Source: Frankiaceae bacterium
GTDB lineage: Bacteria > Actinomycetota > Actinomycetes > BP-191
Length of the DNA: 64,000 nucleotides
Direction of reading: 5' to 3'
Assembly (NCBI GenBank): GCA_035536815.1
Contig: DATLNJ010000082.1
Coordinates: 20,435 to 84,434, forward strand
In this document: in pieces, positions 45,024 through 54,075 of the stretch
Position numbering within the stretch: position 1 is the stretch's first letter
Layout: every line of letters begins with the position of its first letter
Program-made: the position numbers and the translations under genes
Notes under the pieces: generated by a model
What the model was told of the DNA's origin: nothing
Databases searched by the model: none
What the model saw: the letters and a program-made list of their open reading frames with translations, nothing else

Positions 45024-45536
45024 ATGACCACCAAGGAAGAACGTCGCGCTGTCATGCTCGCCGAGGTACGCGCCCGCCGTCGCGGACAGGCCTCGCCGTC
45101 GGAACCGGCAGGCACGTGGGCGGTCCGCGGCGCTTGCATCGGGCAACCGTCGTTGTTCGAGGACCCGAAGCGGACAGCGGAAGCACTCGCGATTTGTGCC
45201 ACCTGCCCGGTCCTCAACGAGTGCTACGAGTGGGCGCTCCGCAACGCGGTCGACGGCGTAGCAGGTGGCATGACGAGCGAAGCGCGAACCGCGTGGCGGA
45301 AGGCGAACAAGATCGCCGAGCCCGTCGTATCGGCCGACGCGTTCCTGCCGGGCGAGGTCGCGGCCGCGGACCGCACGACGTCTCGCATGCGATGCGATGC
45401 GGTCCTCCTCGCCGTTGCCGCGTGGACGGAGAACGGCGAGTCAGCACGGGCCATCGGGCGGCGCCTCGGTGTCACGTCCCGCAGCGTCGTTCGCTACCGG
45501 AACGTGTGCCGCGAGCGGGCGATCCTCGCCTCCTGA
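45024..45536 (+). CDS. WhiB-like Fe-S regulator fused to a C-terminal HTH
   Basis: The four-Cys WhiB pattern is GACIGQPSLFEDP...AICATCPVLNECYEWAL. The C-terminal HTH is ESARAIGRRLGVTSRSVVRYR. Confidence 0.8.
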   Translation: MTTKEERRAVMLAEVRARRRGQASPSEPAGTWAVRGACIGQPSLFEDPKRTAEALAICATCPVLNECYEWALRNAVDGVAGGMTSEARTAWRKANKIAEPVVSADAFLPGEVAAADRTTSRMRCDAVLLAVAAWTENGESARAIGRRLGVTSRSVVRYRNVCRERAILAS

Positions 45537-45688
45537 GTGACGAGCGCGGTACCGCAGCTCAGCGCCGCGCTCGTCACCGGGCCGGGTGTCCGGCTGGGTC
45601 GAGGCCGAGGTGCTGCGGCTACGCGCGGCGCATCCGCGGTGGGGCCCCGGGGGATCAGCTAGCAGAGCGGGCACGTGTCGTCGCATCC

Positions 45689-47902
45689 CTATCCGGGAGG
45701 AATCACCGTCCCCGCCCAATGAGCTCGAAGGATAGCGTGCTGGAAACTATAGCGTCCTCCCGACCGAACCAGGAGCGACAGGCTCACGACATAGTTCAAG
45801 AAGTCGACAACATCTTCGGGAAGCGGGGACTCGCGCATCATGACCCGCTGCCAGTACGCCAGACGTATGTGGAGGGCAAAGATATAGACCCGAATGATCA
45901 AGATTCCAGTCAGGGCACCGACCGCTGCCGCCGCAATGACCCACCACCACGTTCGGAACAACGGGCCAGCGGGGGCGGCATCGATATGGTTCTCGAACTT
46001 CGTCCAGAGATCCACGGTAAGATTGCTGAACTTACCCGATAGGTCCGTACGTGGAGTGACCTTTCGAGGAACCACGGTAGAGAACTGAGCCACCAACGTG
46101 CAACCGACCCCGAGAAAGGCATATATCGCGCCTACGACTAACGGAAGGATCACGTCTTCCATCGAGATGGTAAAGTGTGCAGCGGACCACCAGGTAGCTC
46201 GCGGGTCGACCTCCGGAAAGTCTGCATCCTCCTGCTTTACCTTCAGGGTGGCTGAATTGAGGATCATCCACAGGGTCAGCGCAGCTACGGTCATCAGAAG
46301 CAGCCAGGGCATTGTGCGGAGCAATGCAGAATGCCTGTCCTCTGGAACATTGCGAGGGACGAAGACGCGTGCCATGTAATAGTAGAAGGCTAGGGCGATC
46401 AGTGCGGCCACAACTGTCCGAATTGCAATCCTGACCCTGTCGGCGGATAACTTCTTCCACGACCATCCTAGGGTGTCCACCTCGGTTGACTCGTACAGTT
46501 CCTCGAACTTAGTCGATTCCGCCAGAACAATCGTCAGCAGGGATATGCTGGCGGTAAAGCCTCCGAGGATGGGGCCCCCGATGATATAACCGAGCCCGAA
46601 ACCGAGGCCGGCCGCCCCAACTCCTAGGACTAGACCGAATATCCGCTTTTTCAGGTCGCCTCTTCTGGTTACCCCGAGATGAGTTGGGGACACGATTCCG
46701 GTATAGAAGCTGGAGCCGTTGAGTTCCAAGATCCGGGCTATCCACGCCAGGCATCGCATCACTAGGTCAGAAGAATACTTCAAACTATTGCCACGCGTAT
46801 GCAGCACGTCTGATATATATGCGTCGATTAACCGCTCCTGGTGCCGACCGGCGGGAAGAGCCTCCGCAGGAGGCTCGGTCCAGTCCGTTCGAATCGCAAC
46901 CGACAAGAAGAATGGGTTTCGCAACATCTCTCGTATTGTGGGATCACGCGAGAGGCCGGATCGCCTACCGTTCTTCGCCAGGATGGCGTTGACTACCCGA
47001 TCCTCCAAGGGGAGGACCTCGACGATCGGCATCCCCAACTCCCGTTCGGAACCCTCCCTCGTGGGGCGGCTGGCAATGGCGATAGCCGTCAATCCATAAC
47101 CTTGGCGGAATTGTCTTAGCTCCCTCACGCAATCGGCCCTACGCTTCGCGTCCGAGACTTCATCCAGACCATCGAATATCAAGAACAGGCGGTTCTGTTC
47201 AAGCAAAGCGATAGTTGCCTCTGGGGGGATCGACGCTTGGTGCTTGAGCGAGCGGGCTAGCCACTGGTCCATAGGCGAGCCATCCCATTCCACAAGGTCG
47301 AGCCAAACTAGAGCAGTACGAGAATCGTGACTCTTCCGGCTTTCGGCCTGAGACGACCGCTGGGCCAGCTCAAGGAGGAGCCGGGTCTTCCCGCTTCCCG
47401 GATCGCCGGTGATCAAGACTGCTCGAAGAAGCTCGCCTCCGAAGAGCGAGTACAACTCCCGACTGTCATATTGATTGGGTTCGTGAACTCTTTGATAGGG
47501 TCCTCTGACCGGTACGTACACCTTGATCCGGACTGGAAAGCGAGAGCGCGCCGTCTCGCGGAACCCTGCGATAGCACTGCGATATCGGACCTCCTTGAGC
47601 GTCTTCTGTCCGTAGCGCTCGATCTGCTCCTGAGCGGTCGGCAGACTCGCCGAGTGCTTCGCCTCCATGCTGTCTCTGGCGCGAGTTACTATAACGGTGG
47701 AAATTATGAATACCGGCAGCAGCGCCACCCATGGGTTCCGCCGAATGGGTGCCGGAAGAGAATCGGCAACTGCGCTCTCAAGGATAGCGAGCAGCGTGAG
47801 GTTGAGTGCGACGGCAACTGCCGAGAGCCTCCTCTTCGTAGAAGGCCTCATCGAGTCACCCCTCCCTAACTCGGATTCGAACGTTGAGCGTTCCCGCACC
47901 AC
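45689..47902 (-). CDS. membrane-embedded NACHT/STAND P-loop NTPase
   Basis: Walker A is LITGDPGSGKTRLLLEL and Walker B is LFLIFDGLDEV (NACHT-type). Two N-terminal and at least five C-terminal hydrophobic helices are present. The region is clearly AT-richer than its surroundings. The start is 47902 or the ATG at 47851. Confidence 0.8.
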   Translation of the reverse strand: MVRERSTFESELGRGDSMRPSTKRRLSAVAVALNLTLLAILESAVADSLPAPIRRNPWVALLPVFIISTVIVTRARDSMEAKHSASLPTAQEQIERYGQKTLKEVRYRSAIAGFRETARSRFPVRIKVYVPVRGPYQRVHEPNQYDSRELYSLFGGELLRAVLITGDPGSGKTRLLLELAQRSSQAESRKSHDSRTALVWLDLVEWDGSPMDQWLARSLKHQASIPPEATIALLEQNRLFLIFDGLDEVSDAKRRADCVRELRQFRQGYGLTAIAIASRPTREGSERELGMPIVEVLPLEDRVVNAILAKNGRRSGLSRDPTIREMLRNPFFLSVAIRTDWTEPPAEALPAGRHQERLIDAYISDVLHTRGNSLKYSSDLVMRCLAWIARILELNGSSFYTGIVSPTHLGVTRRGDLKKRIFGLVLGVGAAGLGFGLGYIIGGPILGGFTASISLLTIVLAESTKFEELYESTEVDTLGWSWKKLSADRVRIAIRTVVAALIALAFYYYMARVFVPRNVPEDRHSALLRTMPWLLLMTVAALTLWMILNSATLKVKQEDADFPEVDPRATWWSAAHFTISMEDVILPLVVGAIYAFLGVGCTLVAQFSTVVPRKVTPRTDLSGKFSNLTVDLWTKFENHIDAAPAGPLFRTWWWVIAAAAVGALTGILIIRVYIFALHIRLAYWQRVMMRESPLPEDVVDFLNYVVSLSLLVRSGGRYSFQHAILRAHWAGTVIPPG

Positions 47903-48348
47903 CGCGAAAGCCTACCCGTATCGGATCCGGCGACGAACGTGCTCCGTGGATGGCCGAATGGGAAGAGGTCGATCCCGTTGCCGACATCAGTCGCCAGGTG
48001 TCCGGCACGGCCACGACGAGGTGCTCCGCCGTATGCCGGCCAGCCAGCCAGTGCACCTTGGGGTGGGTGGACGGCCATCGTCAGGGGCCGTGTGCGCGCC
48101 GACGCGCAATCGTCGCCTCACCCGCGGGAATCCGCGGCTGGAGGTGACGCGCCACGAACCGCTGTCGCGCTGCCCGAGGTGCTGGTCGTCGTGGCCACTC
48201 TGGCTGGGTGGCGAGCAGCGGCGCGTTATCGCACGCGGGCGTTGGCCGGCACCGGTCGCGAGAGCCGAGACGTGCCGCGAGGTGCAGCCATGCGGCATGT
48301 AACGCAGTCGACCACTGCTGCCCGACATCGAGTTCGGGGCGTCCACAT

Positions 48349-48368
48349 CTTCTAACGGACTTCTAACG
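48349..48368 (+). promoter_or_regulatory. tandem CTTCTAACG repeats; candidate integrase arm-type sites (attR side)
   Basis: CTTCTAACG-GA-CTTCTAACG lies ~115 nt inside attR. It has the same motif and orientation as 14524-14544. Confidence 0.45.
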
Positions 48369-48483
48369 AACGGGCCGATCCGTGGGATGATGGCCTGGCC
48401 GCGACGTCACGGACGGACCGCGCGACCAGCACCACCGAGCACGGAGAAGATCAAAAGAGACTGACTGACGCACTCGGCGACGG

Positions 48484-48554
48484 CTACGGATCAGAAGGTT
48501 GGGGGTTCGAGTCCCTCCGAGCGCGCTCACAAAGTCGCAGGTCAGAGGCTTGCA
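48484..48554 (+). repeat. attR: 71-bp perfect direct repeat of the tRNA-Arg 3' half and trailer
   Basis: Identical to 14412-14482. There is no 5' half of a tRNA upstream of it. Confidence 0.85.
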
Positions 48555-48619
48555 AGCCTGTCACTCGACTTCTCACGAACGTTTAACGACCTCTCCGGTC
48601 ATTCAGCTCGTACGTGGCG

Positions 48620-50224
48620 CTACCAACCACTGCGTAAGCCGCGCCGGGCGAGCGCCGCCTCGGTTGAGATCCGGACGGCGCGCGCGACGGCGAGGGCTGG
48701 CAGCAGGACGAGGAACGCCCCGACGGCGCGCGCTGCCCAGCGGTCCTCGCCGGCGAGCGTGCTCGGCAGGTCCACCAGCGGCACTCGCGCGAGCACGCGC
48801 AGCACCGGCCCGGCAACGTCGTTACCGAGGGCGGGCAGCTGGTCCCACGCCCCTCTTACCGCCGCGGCGCCGGCACCGACGACGACGAACCGAATGGCCT
48901 GCGCCAGCGCGAGCACGGTCGCGCGCGCGACAGGGGGCTTCGGCGCGGCGGCGGGCACGCCGAGCGTGCGGAGGACGAACGGCAGAAACTCCTCTCCGTT
49001 CGACCAGTACGTCGTGTGGTCGCGCAGAACGGACCCGGTGTTGTGCACGAGGACGGGCACGGCGCCCACCGGCGCTTCCGGCGACGGGACGGGGTCGTTC
49101 ACCGACCGCACGTCGTACCAGGTACGCACCGCCGGCAACGGGTCGGGTCGCACGTCCCGGACCGCGTCGCGGAGCAGCCGTTCGCCGACGTAGTACACCA
49201 GCAGGCTGCCGCCGAAGAGCAGCGCCAACGCGGGCGGCGCGCCACGACCGAGCCGGACGGCTGCGAGTAAGCAGAGCGCCAGCAGAAAGAGGAGGGCCCC
49301 CGGCAGCATGAACTTGCGGACACGGCGGCTGATCGCGCGGAGGAGCAGCGCGAGCGCGCTCGCCGCGATACCGATGCCGAGCAGGGCGGGCAGGAACCAC
49401 GGCGACGCGAGGTTCATCGACACGATCGTCCCGAGGACACCCAGCCCGGAGAGGACGCCGGCCACGGTGAGACGCGCGCGGTCGACGGGACCGGCCTCGT
49501 CGAGCCGGCGGGCGATCGTCAGCTTGTCGAGCCCCGAACCGAACGTCACGAGATCGAGTGGTGTTGCCACGGCGGGCCGCTCGCGCAGGACGCGGTGCGC
49601 GATGGCCGCGCCCTGGCTGTGCGCAAGGACGACGATCCGGACGACGCCGGGCTGCCGGGCCAGCCACTCGAGGTCGGCGACCACCCGGCTCGCGATCGCG
49701 CTGCCGAGGACGCCGTCGTCGAGCACGGCGCTGTCGCCGATCGTGCCGGTCAGCGCCACCTGCACGCGCCCCACGAGCGCGCGCACCCGGCCCACGGGTA
49801 GGGCCGAGAGCACGACGAGCAGCACGAGCAGCGTCACGGTGAGCGGGGCGAGCAGCAACGTGAGCTGGCCGGACCAGGTGAACGCGTTGTTCTCCCGGCG
49901 CCGCCACGCCTCGACGGCGAGCAGCCCCGGCGCGACCCGCCACGCCCAGCGCAGCACCTCGCGGAACGTCGGCGGCTGGAACGCGCGCGCCCACCAGGAC
50001 TCGGCGAGCAGCCAGCGCGCCGCGTCGCCGTCGCGTTCGAGCAGGATCTCCAGGTGGGCGGGGCGTTCGCGGTCTGCGTCCGGGTCCACGTCGACTCCGG
50101 CGAGGGTCACGGTGGCGTGCGGGCGCAGCGCGCGCGCCAGCGCGTCGGCGGCCTGCCGCACGGACGACCCGCGCCGTTGCTCGCCGATGCCGTGCACGAC
50201 CAGGACGCCGAGTCGTTCCACCAT
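48620..50224 (-). CDS. membrane-embedded alpha/beta-hydrolase-like protein
   Basis: Start at the internal ATG (MVERLGVLVVHGIGEQ). The GxSxG nucleophile elbow is VLAHSQGAA. Several TM helices are inserted (LTLLLAPLTVTLLVLLVVLSAL and others). Confidence 0.65.
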   Translation of the reverse strand: MVERLGVLVVHGIGEQRRGSSVRQAADALARALRPHATVTLAGVDVDPDADRERPAHLEILLERDGDAARWLLAESWWARAFQPPTFREVLRWAWRVAPGLLAVEAWRRRENNAFTWSGQLTLLLAPLTVTLLVLLVVLSALPVGRVRALVGRVQVALTGTIGDSAVLDDGVLGSAIASRVVADLEWLARQPGVVRIVVLAHSQGAAIAHRVLRERPAVATPLDLVTFGSGLDKLTIARRLDEAGPVDRARLTVAGVLSGLGVLGTIVSMNLASPWFLPALLGIGIAASALALLLRAISRRVRKFMLPGALLFLLALCLLAAVRLGRGAPPALALLFGGSLLVYYVGERLLRDAVRDVRPDPLPAVRTWYDVRSVNDPVPSPEAPVGAVPVLVHNTGSVLRDHTTYWSNGEEFLPFVLRTLGVPAAAPKPPVARATVLALAQAIRFVVVGAGAAAVRGAWDQLPALGNDVAGPVLRVLARVPLVDLPSTLAGEDRWAARAVGAFLVLLPALAVARAVRISTEAALARRGLRSGW

Positions 50225-50384
50225 CGCACCCCGCACGGTAGCGGTCTGGTAACCCGAACTTTGCCAGGCGAGGGACGGCGGCGACGTCGTGCGGGTGCTC
50301 GGGTACCTCGTCACCGTCGGCACGAGGTATCGCCCGCCCGCCACGGCGGCGACCGAGGCGGGCGGGCGACGGTGCGGCGAGCGG

Positions 50385-51281
50385 TTAGGCGGTGACGTCG
50401 ACGTTGGTCATCCACCCGCCGTTGCCGCTGTCCATGCCGTCCACGCGGAAGTCCCACATGACGATGTAGTTGTCGGGCGGCAACGGCGCGCCGGCGTTGT
50501 CCCGCGCCTGCCACTTCACGGTCCACTCCGCGCAGTCGCCGGGCGAGATCGTGATCCGGTCGTCCGTAGGCGGCGAGACCTCGTCCCACGTCCACGGCTC
50601 CGGGCCAGGTCCGCGCATCGCCTTCGCGGTGAGCCAGCGGCCGGCCTCGTCGACGGTCACGATCACCGGCGCCAGCGCCAGGTCCTCGACGCAGAGCTGG
50701 AACCCCAGGTCGCCGCCGACGCCCGCCACGAAGGTCCGCGCCCCCGTGTACTGCCCGCAGGTGTAGATCGGCGTGGCGGAGATGGTGGGGCACTCGGCGG
50801 GCGCGGTGCCCGCGGCGTACCGGTACGTCGCCGGGTACCGCGGCTCAGGGGTGTGCGTGCCGGTCGCCGTCGGCGTCGGTGATGGTGGCGGCGTCGTCGG
50901 CGACGGCGTGAGGGGCGGGAGCGTCGGCACCAGCGACTCCAGCGGGCTGGGCAGCACGACCCCCGTCGGCAACGCCGCGCCGGGCGCCTGCGGTCCCGTG
51001 GTCGGCGCGGGTACGCCGGACCGCTCCGGCGTCTCATCGTCGTCGCCTGCTGGCTCGGCGGCCGTTGCGGCGGGCGGCGACGCGGCCGGCCGCAGCCTGA
51101 TGGACGCGTCGTCGCGCGGGAAGGCGACTGTCGCGGCGATGGCGACGACGGGGACGATCGCGGTGGCGCCCAGGCGGCGGCGCGTCCGGCGCATCCGCCC
51201 GGCAATGGCAAGCATCTCGGGGTAGTCGCCGGGCCGCGGGTCGAACGACGGCGCGGCGGCGTGCGGGACGGAAGTGGTCAC
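50385..51281 (-). CDS. membrane-anchored protein downstream of the ECF sigma (candidate anti-sigma/partner) with Pro-rich linker and C-terminal globular domain
   Basis: Its GTG overlaps the sigma-factor stop (GTGA at 51278-51281). One TM segment is present (LGATAIVPVVAIAATVAF), with a Pro/Thr-rich linker. Track ORF 50385..51905 merges it with out-of-frame sequence. Confidence 0.55.
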   Translation of the reverse strand: MTTSVPHAAAPSFDPRPGDYPEMLAIAGRMRRTRRRLGATAIVPVVAIAATVAFPRDDASIRLRPAASPPAATAAEPAGDDDETPERSGVPAPTTGPQAPGAALPTGVVLPSPLESLVPTLPPLTPSPTTPPPSPTPTATGTHTPEPRYPATYRYAAGTAPAECPTISATPIYTCGQYTGARTFVAGVGGDLGFQLCVEDLALAPVIVTVDEAGRWLTAKAMRGPGPEPWTWDEVSPPTDDRITISPGDCAEWTVKWQARDNAGAPLPPDNYIVMWDFRVDGMDSGNGGWMTNVDVTA

Positions 51282-51817
51282 GACTGCCTCTCCAGTGTGG
51301 TCGCGAGGAGCTCTCTGGCTTCCGCGAGATGTCTCTTGACCGTGCCTTCGGGCCGCCGTACCGCCGCCGCGACCTCGGCGATCGGCAGGTCCGCGAAGTA
51401 GTACAGGAGCACGACCTCCCGGTACCGCCGCGGCAGGCTGCCGACAGCGATGGCGACGTCGACGTCGTGTTGGTGGTCGGGCTCGGCGGCCGGTGCGCTG
51501 CCCTGCATCGCCTTCGCCTCCCGCGCAGCGCGCCTGACGGCGTCGCGGATGAGGTTGGTCGCGATGTGGAAGACGTAGGCGCCCGGGTCGCGCACACCGA
51601 TCCAGCGGATGTACAGGCGGGCGAGCGCCTCCTGCGCGAGGTCGCGGGCCAGCTCCTGGTCGTGCACGAGCCGGTAGCAGTAGCGCGCGACGCGCCGGTA
51701 GTACTCGTCGTAGAAGACCGCGAACGACTCGTTCCGGTCGGCGCCTGCGGCCGCGGGCGCCGCCCCGAGCCGCGCTCGCGGCGTCACGATGGTCGGCTCG
51801 GTGGTCACATCTAGCAA
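51278..51817 (-). CDS. ECF-type sigma-70 family RNA polymerase sigma factor
   Basis: Region 2 is FYDEYYRRVARYCYRLV...DLAQEALARLY. Region 4 is LPRRYREVVLLYYFADLPIAEVAAAVRRPEGTVKRHL. The start is TTG 51817 or GTG 51808. Confidence 0.85.
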   Translation of the reverse strand: MLDVTTEPTIVTPRARLGAAPAAAGADRNESFAVFYDEYYRRVARYCYRLVHDQELARDLAQEALARLYIRWIGVRDPGAYVFHIATNLIRDAVRRAAREAKAMQGSAPAAEPDHQHDVDVAIAVGSLPRRYREVVLLYYFADLPIAEVAAAVRRPEGTVKRHLAEARELLATTLERQS

Positions 51818-51940
51818 GGACTATCGAACGGCGCCAACCGTTCGGACCAGTTCTCTGCAGGTGCCGAACGCGTTGCGGCTCAACCGTGGTAGCGGCGCAC
51901 CGCATAGTCTCGACCGCTGTCGGTCGAGAGGTAGGCGCGG

Positions 51941-52684
51941 ATGTCGGTCGTGCAGCGTGTCGCGAAGGGCGCGAGGGAGGTGGCGAGCGGTCGCCTGCAC
52001 CCGGGCCGCTGCCCGATCTGCGGGCCCACGCTGTTCCACCTGATTGGTGACTGGCACCGTGACGAGTACCGCTGCCGGCGGTGCGGGTCGATCCCGCGGC
52101 AGCGCGCGATCATCAAGGTGCTGCACGACGTCGCGCCGCGGTGGCGTACATCGCGCATCTTCGAGTCGTCGCCGAGCGGGCCGGCGTCCGCGTACATCAA
52201 GGACCGATGTGCCGCGTACGAGCCCTCCCAGCTGTTCTCCGACATGCCGTCCGGCACCTACGTCGACGGCGTGCGCCGGGAGGACCTCCAGGAGCTGACG
52301 CTCCCCAACGCGTCCGTCGACGTCGTGGTGACGCAGGACGTGCTCGAGCACGTGCTCGAGCCGGACCGCGCGTTCCGCGAGATCGCCCGCGTCCTCGTGC
52401 CCGGCGGGGTGCACGTGTTCACGGTGCCTATCTTTCCTCGCCCGACGACGGTCGTCCGGGCCGAGCCCGACGGCCGCGGCGGCATACGCAACCTGCTGCC
52501 TGAGGACTTCCACGGCAACCCGCTCGGCGGCGGCTCCCTCGTCACCCGCGAGTGGGGCGAGGACATCGTCGACTACATCGCGGCGGCAACGGGACATCCC
52601 ACGACGCGCTACGACACCGACGCCCGCCGGTACGGCCTGCTGGGTACGATGAAGGACGTGTTCGTCACGCGGCGCCCAGCGTGA
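51941..52684 (+). CDS. class I SAM-dependent methyltransferase with N-terminal Cys4 motif
   Basis: The Cys4 motif is CPICG...CRRCG. The methyltransferase motif region is VDVVVTQDVLEHVLEPDRAFREIARVLVPGGVHVFT. Confidence 0.8.
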   Translation: MSVVQRVAKGAREVASGRLHPGRCPICGPTLFHLIGDWHRDEYRCRRCGSIPRQRAIIKVLHDVAPRWRTSRIFESSPSGPASAYIKDRCAAYEPSQLFSDMPSGTYVDGVRREDLQELTLPNASVDVVVTQDVLEHVLEPDRAFREIARVLVPGGVHVFTVPIFPRPTTVVRAEPDGRGGIRNLLPEDFHGNPLGGGSLVTREWGEDIVDYIAAATGHPTTRYDTDARRYGLLGTMKDVFVTRRPA

Positions 52685-52801
52685 GCGGGCGCCGGTCGCG
52701 CGGCGGGACGCGCCCCGACTCAGGGGAGCTCGCGAGCCGCGCGCACGTCTCGGGCGCGCCCACGTTCGCGCGGGTATCCGCGTTTGGGCGAGCCGTCTCC
52801 A

Positions 52802-53575
52802 TCAGTGGCAGGAGCCCTTGCGGCCCTGGGTCTCGACGGGCGTCGCGCCGGGCCGGGTCCACTGCGCCACCGGCCGGCTCGTCGGCCCCCACGTGGCGTT
52901 CCCGTCGGCGTCGGCGCGCCAGAACCAGCCGCCGTCGTGACCCTCGGGCCAGCCTTCCGGGTTGTCCTCCCACGCCTCGCGGCGGCCGTACGCCGTCATG
53001 TCCAGCAGCCCGAGGGAGGGGTTGGCCCGCTCGACGCCGCGGCCGGTGGTGGCGTAGGTGAGGAACACCCGGTCGCCGTCGCGCAGGTAGCTGACGAGCT
53101 GACCCATGTCGTCGCCGACCGGTGCCGGTGCGTCGCGCACGGAGTACCACGGCTGGGTGTAGCCCATGAACTCCACGAAGCGCGCTACCTCGTCCCACGC
53201 GCCGGAGGTGAGGACGGCGTACGAGACCCCGCGCGCGTTGAGGTACGCGGGGTCGACGAGGTGCCAGGCCGTGATGGTGCAGCCCTCGCACTGCCCCTGG
53301 TGCGGCGCGCCGTCGTGCCACATGTGCTTGTAGACGACGAGCTCGTCGCGACCCTGGAACAGGTCGAGGAACGGCGCGACCCCGCCGGCGCCGGTGACCT
53401 CGATGGTGCCGTCGAACTCCACCATCGGCAGCCGCCGCCGGGCCGCGGCGATCGCGTCGCCGGCCCGGGTGTACGCCTTCTCGCGGACGAGCAGCTCGTC
53501 GCGCGCCGCCTGCCAGGTCGCCAGGTCGACGACCGGGGGCTTGCCGGGGAGATCGGTGCTTGCGGGTGTCGTCAC
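52802..53575 (-). CDS. DUF899-family thioredoxin-like protein
   Basis: WQAARDELLVREKAYTRAGDAIAAARRRLPMV and CEGCT blocks are typical of DUF899. GTG start. Confidence 0.75.
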   Translation of the reverse strand: MTTPASTDLPGKPPVVDLATWQAARDELLVREKAYTRAGDAIAAARRRLPMVEFDGTIEVTGAGGVAPFLDLFQGRDELVVYKHMWHDGAPHQGQCEGCTITAWHLVDPAYLNARGVSYAVLTSGAWDEVARFVEFMGYTQPWYSVRDAPAPVGDDMGQLVSYLRDGDRVFLTYATTGRGVERANPSLGLLDMTAYGRREAWEDNPEGWPEGHDGGWFWRADADGNATWGPTSRPVAQWTRPGATPVETQGRKGSCH

Positions 53576-53715
53576 GTGTCCTCCGCTGTCGGGTTTGCTG
53601 AGCCTGCCAGTCCAGACGACTCGGCGCGTCAGGACTCATCGTTCAACCAACCGGTTGACACCCGCTACGACCGCCACTACGTTGACCGTCAACCGATCGG
53701 TTGAAGGAGGTCGCC

Positions 53716-54075
53716 GTGGCGGCGGACGCGCTCTCGCGAGTGTTCGCGGCACTGGCCGACCCGACGCGGCGCGACATGGTCGCGCGGCTCGCGACCGGCG
53801 ACGCCACGGTGAACGAGCTGGCCGAGCCGTACGACGTCACGGTCCAGGCCGTCTCGAAGCACCTCAAGGTGCTGGCCGACGCGGGCCTGGTCAGCCGCAG
53901 CCGCGACGGCCGGCACCGCCCGGTTCACCTCGAGGCGGAGGTGTTCGACCTGATGACGAAGTGGCTGGAGCGCTACCGCCGCGAGGCGGAGGAGCGCTAC
54001 CGCCGGCTGGACGACGTGCTGCGCGCGATGCCTGACGGCGTCGCGCCGACCCCACGAAAGGGAGCGAAGAAGTGA
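53716..54075 (+). CDS. ArsR/SmtB-family transcriptional regulator
   Basis: FAALADPTRRDMVARLATGDATVNELAEPYDVTVQAVSKHLKVLADAGLV. GTG at 53716 is preferred over TTG 53701 because GAAGGAGG lies just upstream. Confidence 0.85.
   Translation: MAADALSRVFAALADPTRRDMVARLATGDATVNELAEPYDVTVQAVSKHLKVLADAGLVSRSRDGRHRPVHLEAEVFDLMTKWLERYRREAEERYRRLDDVLRAMPDGVAPTPRKGAKK

Larger units (their letters stand above)
14412..48554. mobile_element. tRNA-Arg-integrated integrative conjugative element (~34.1 kb) with T4SS-type conjugation genes and defence/other cargo
   Basis: Bounded by the 71-bp direct repeat. A tyrosine integrase sits next to attL, with an excisionase at 27072. VirB4, coupling protein, M23 hydrolase, pilin-like, PrgI-like and replication-relaxation genes lie at 28.4-36.5 kb. 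Several cargo blocks are visibly AT-richer than the flanks. Confidence 0.8.

Noticed and set aside
47903-48483. Possible gene or integrase pseudogene in the 580-bp gap between the NACHT gene and attR (track ORFs 47939..48355, 47987..48346, 47884..48147)
   Set aside because: All six frames give low-complexity Arg/Pro/Ala/Gly-rich peptides with no recognisable recombinase, transposase or HTH motif. The only supported elements are the arm-type repeats at 48349-48368.
50385-51905. 506-aa ORF merging the sigma-factor region with the downstream membrane protein
   Set aside because: The portion overlapping 51278-51905 is out of frame with a clear ECF sigma factor and is Arg-rich. Only the part from the GTG at 51281 downward looks genuine.
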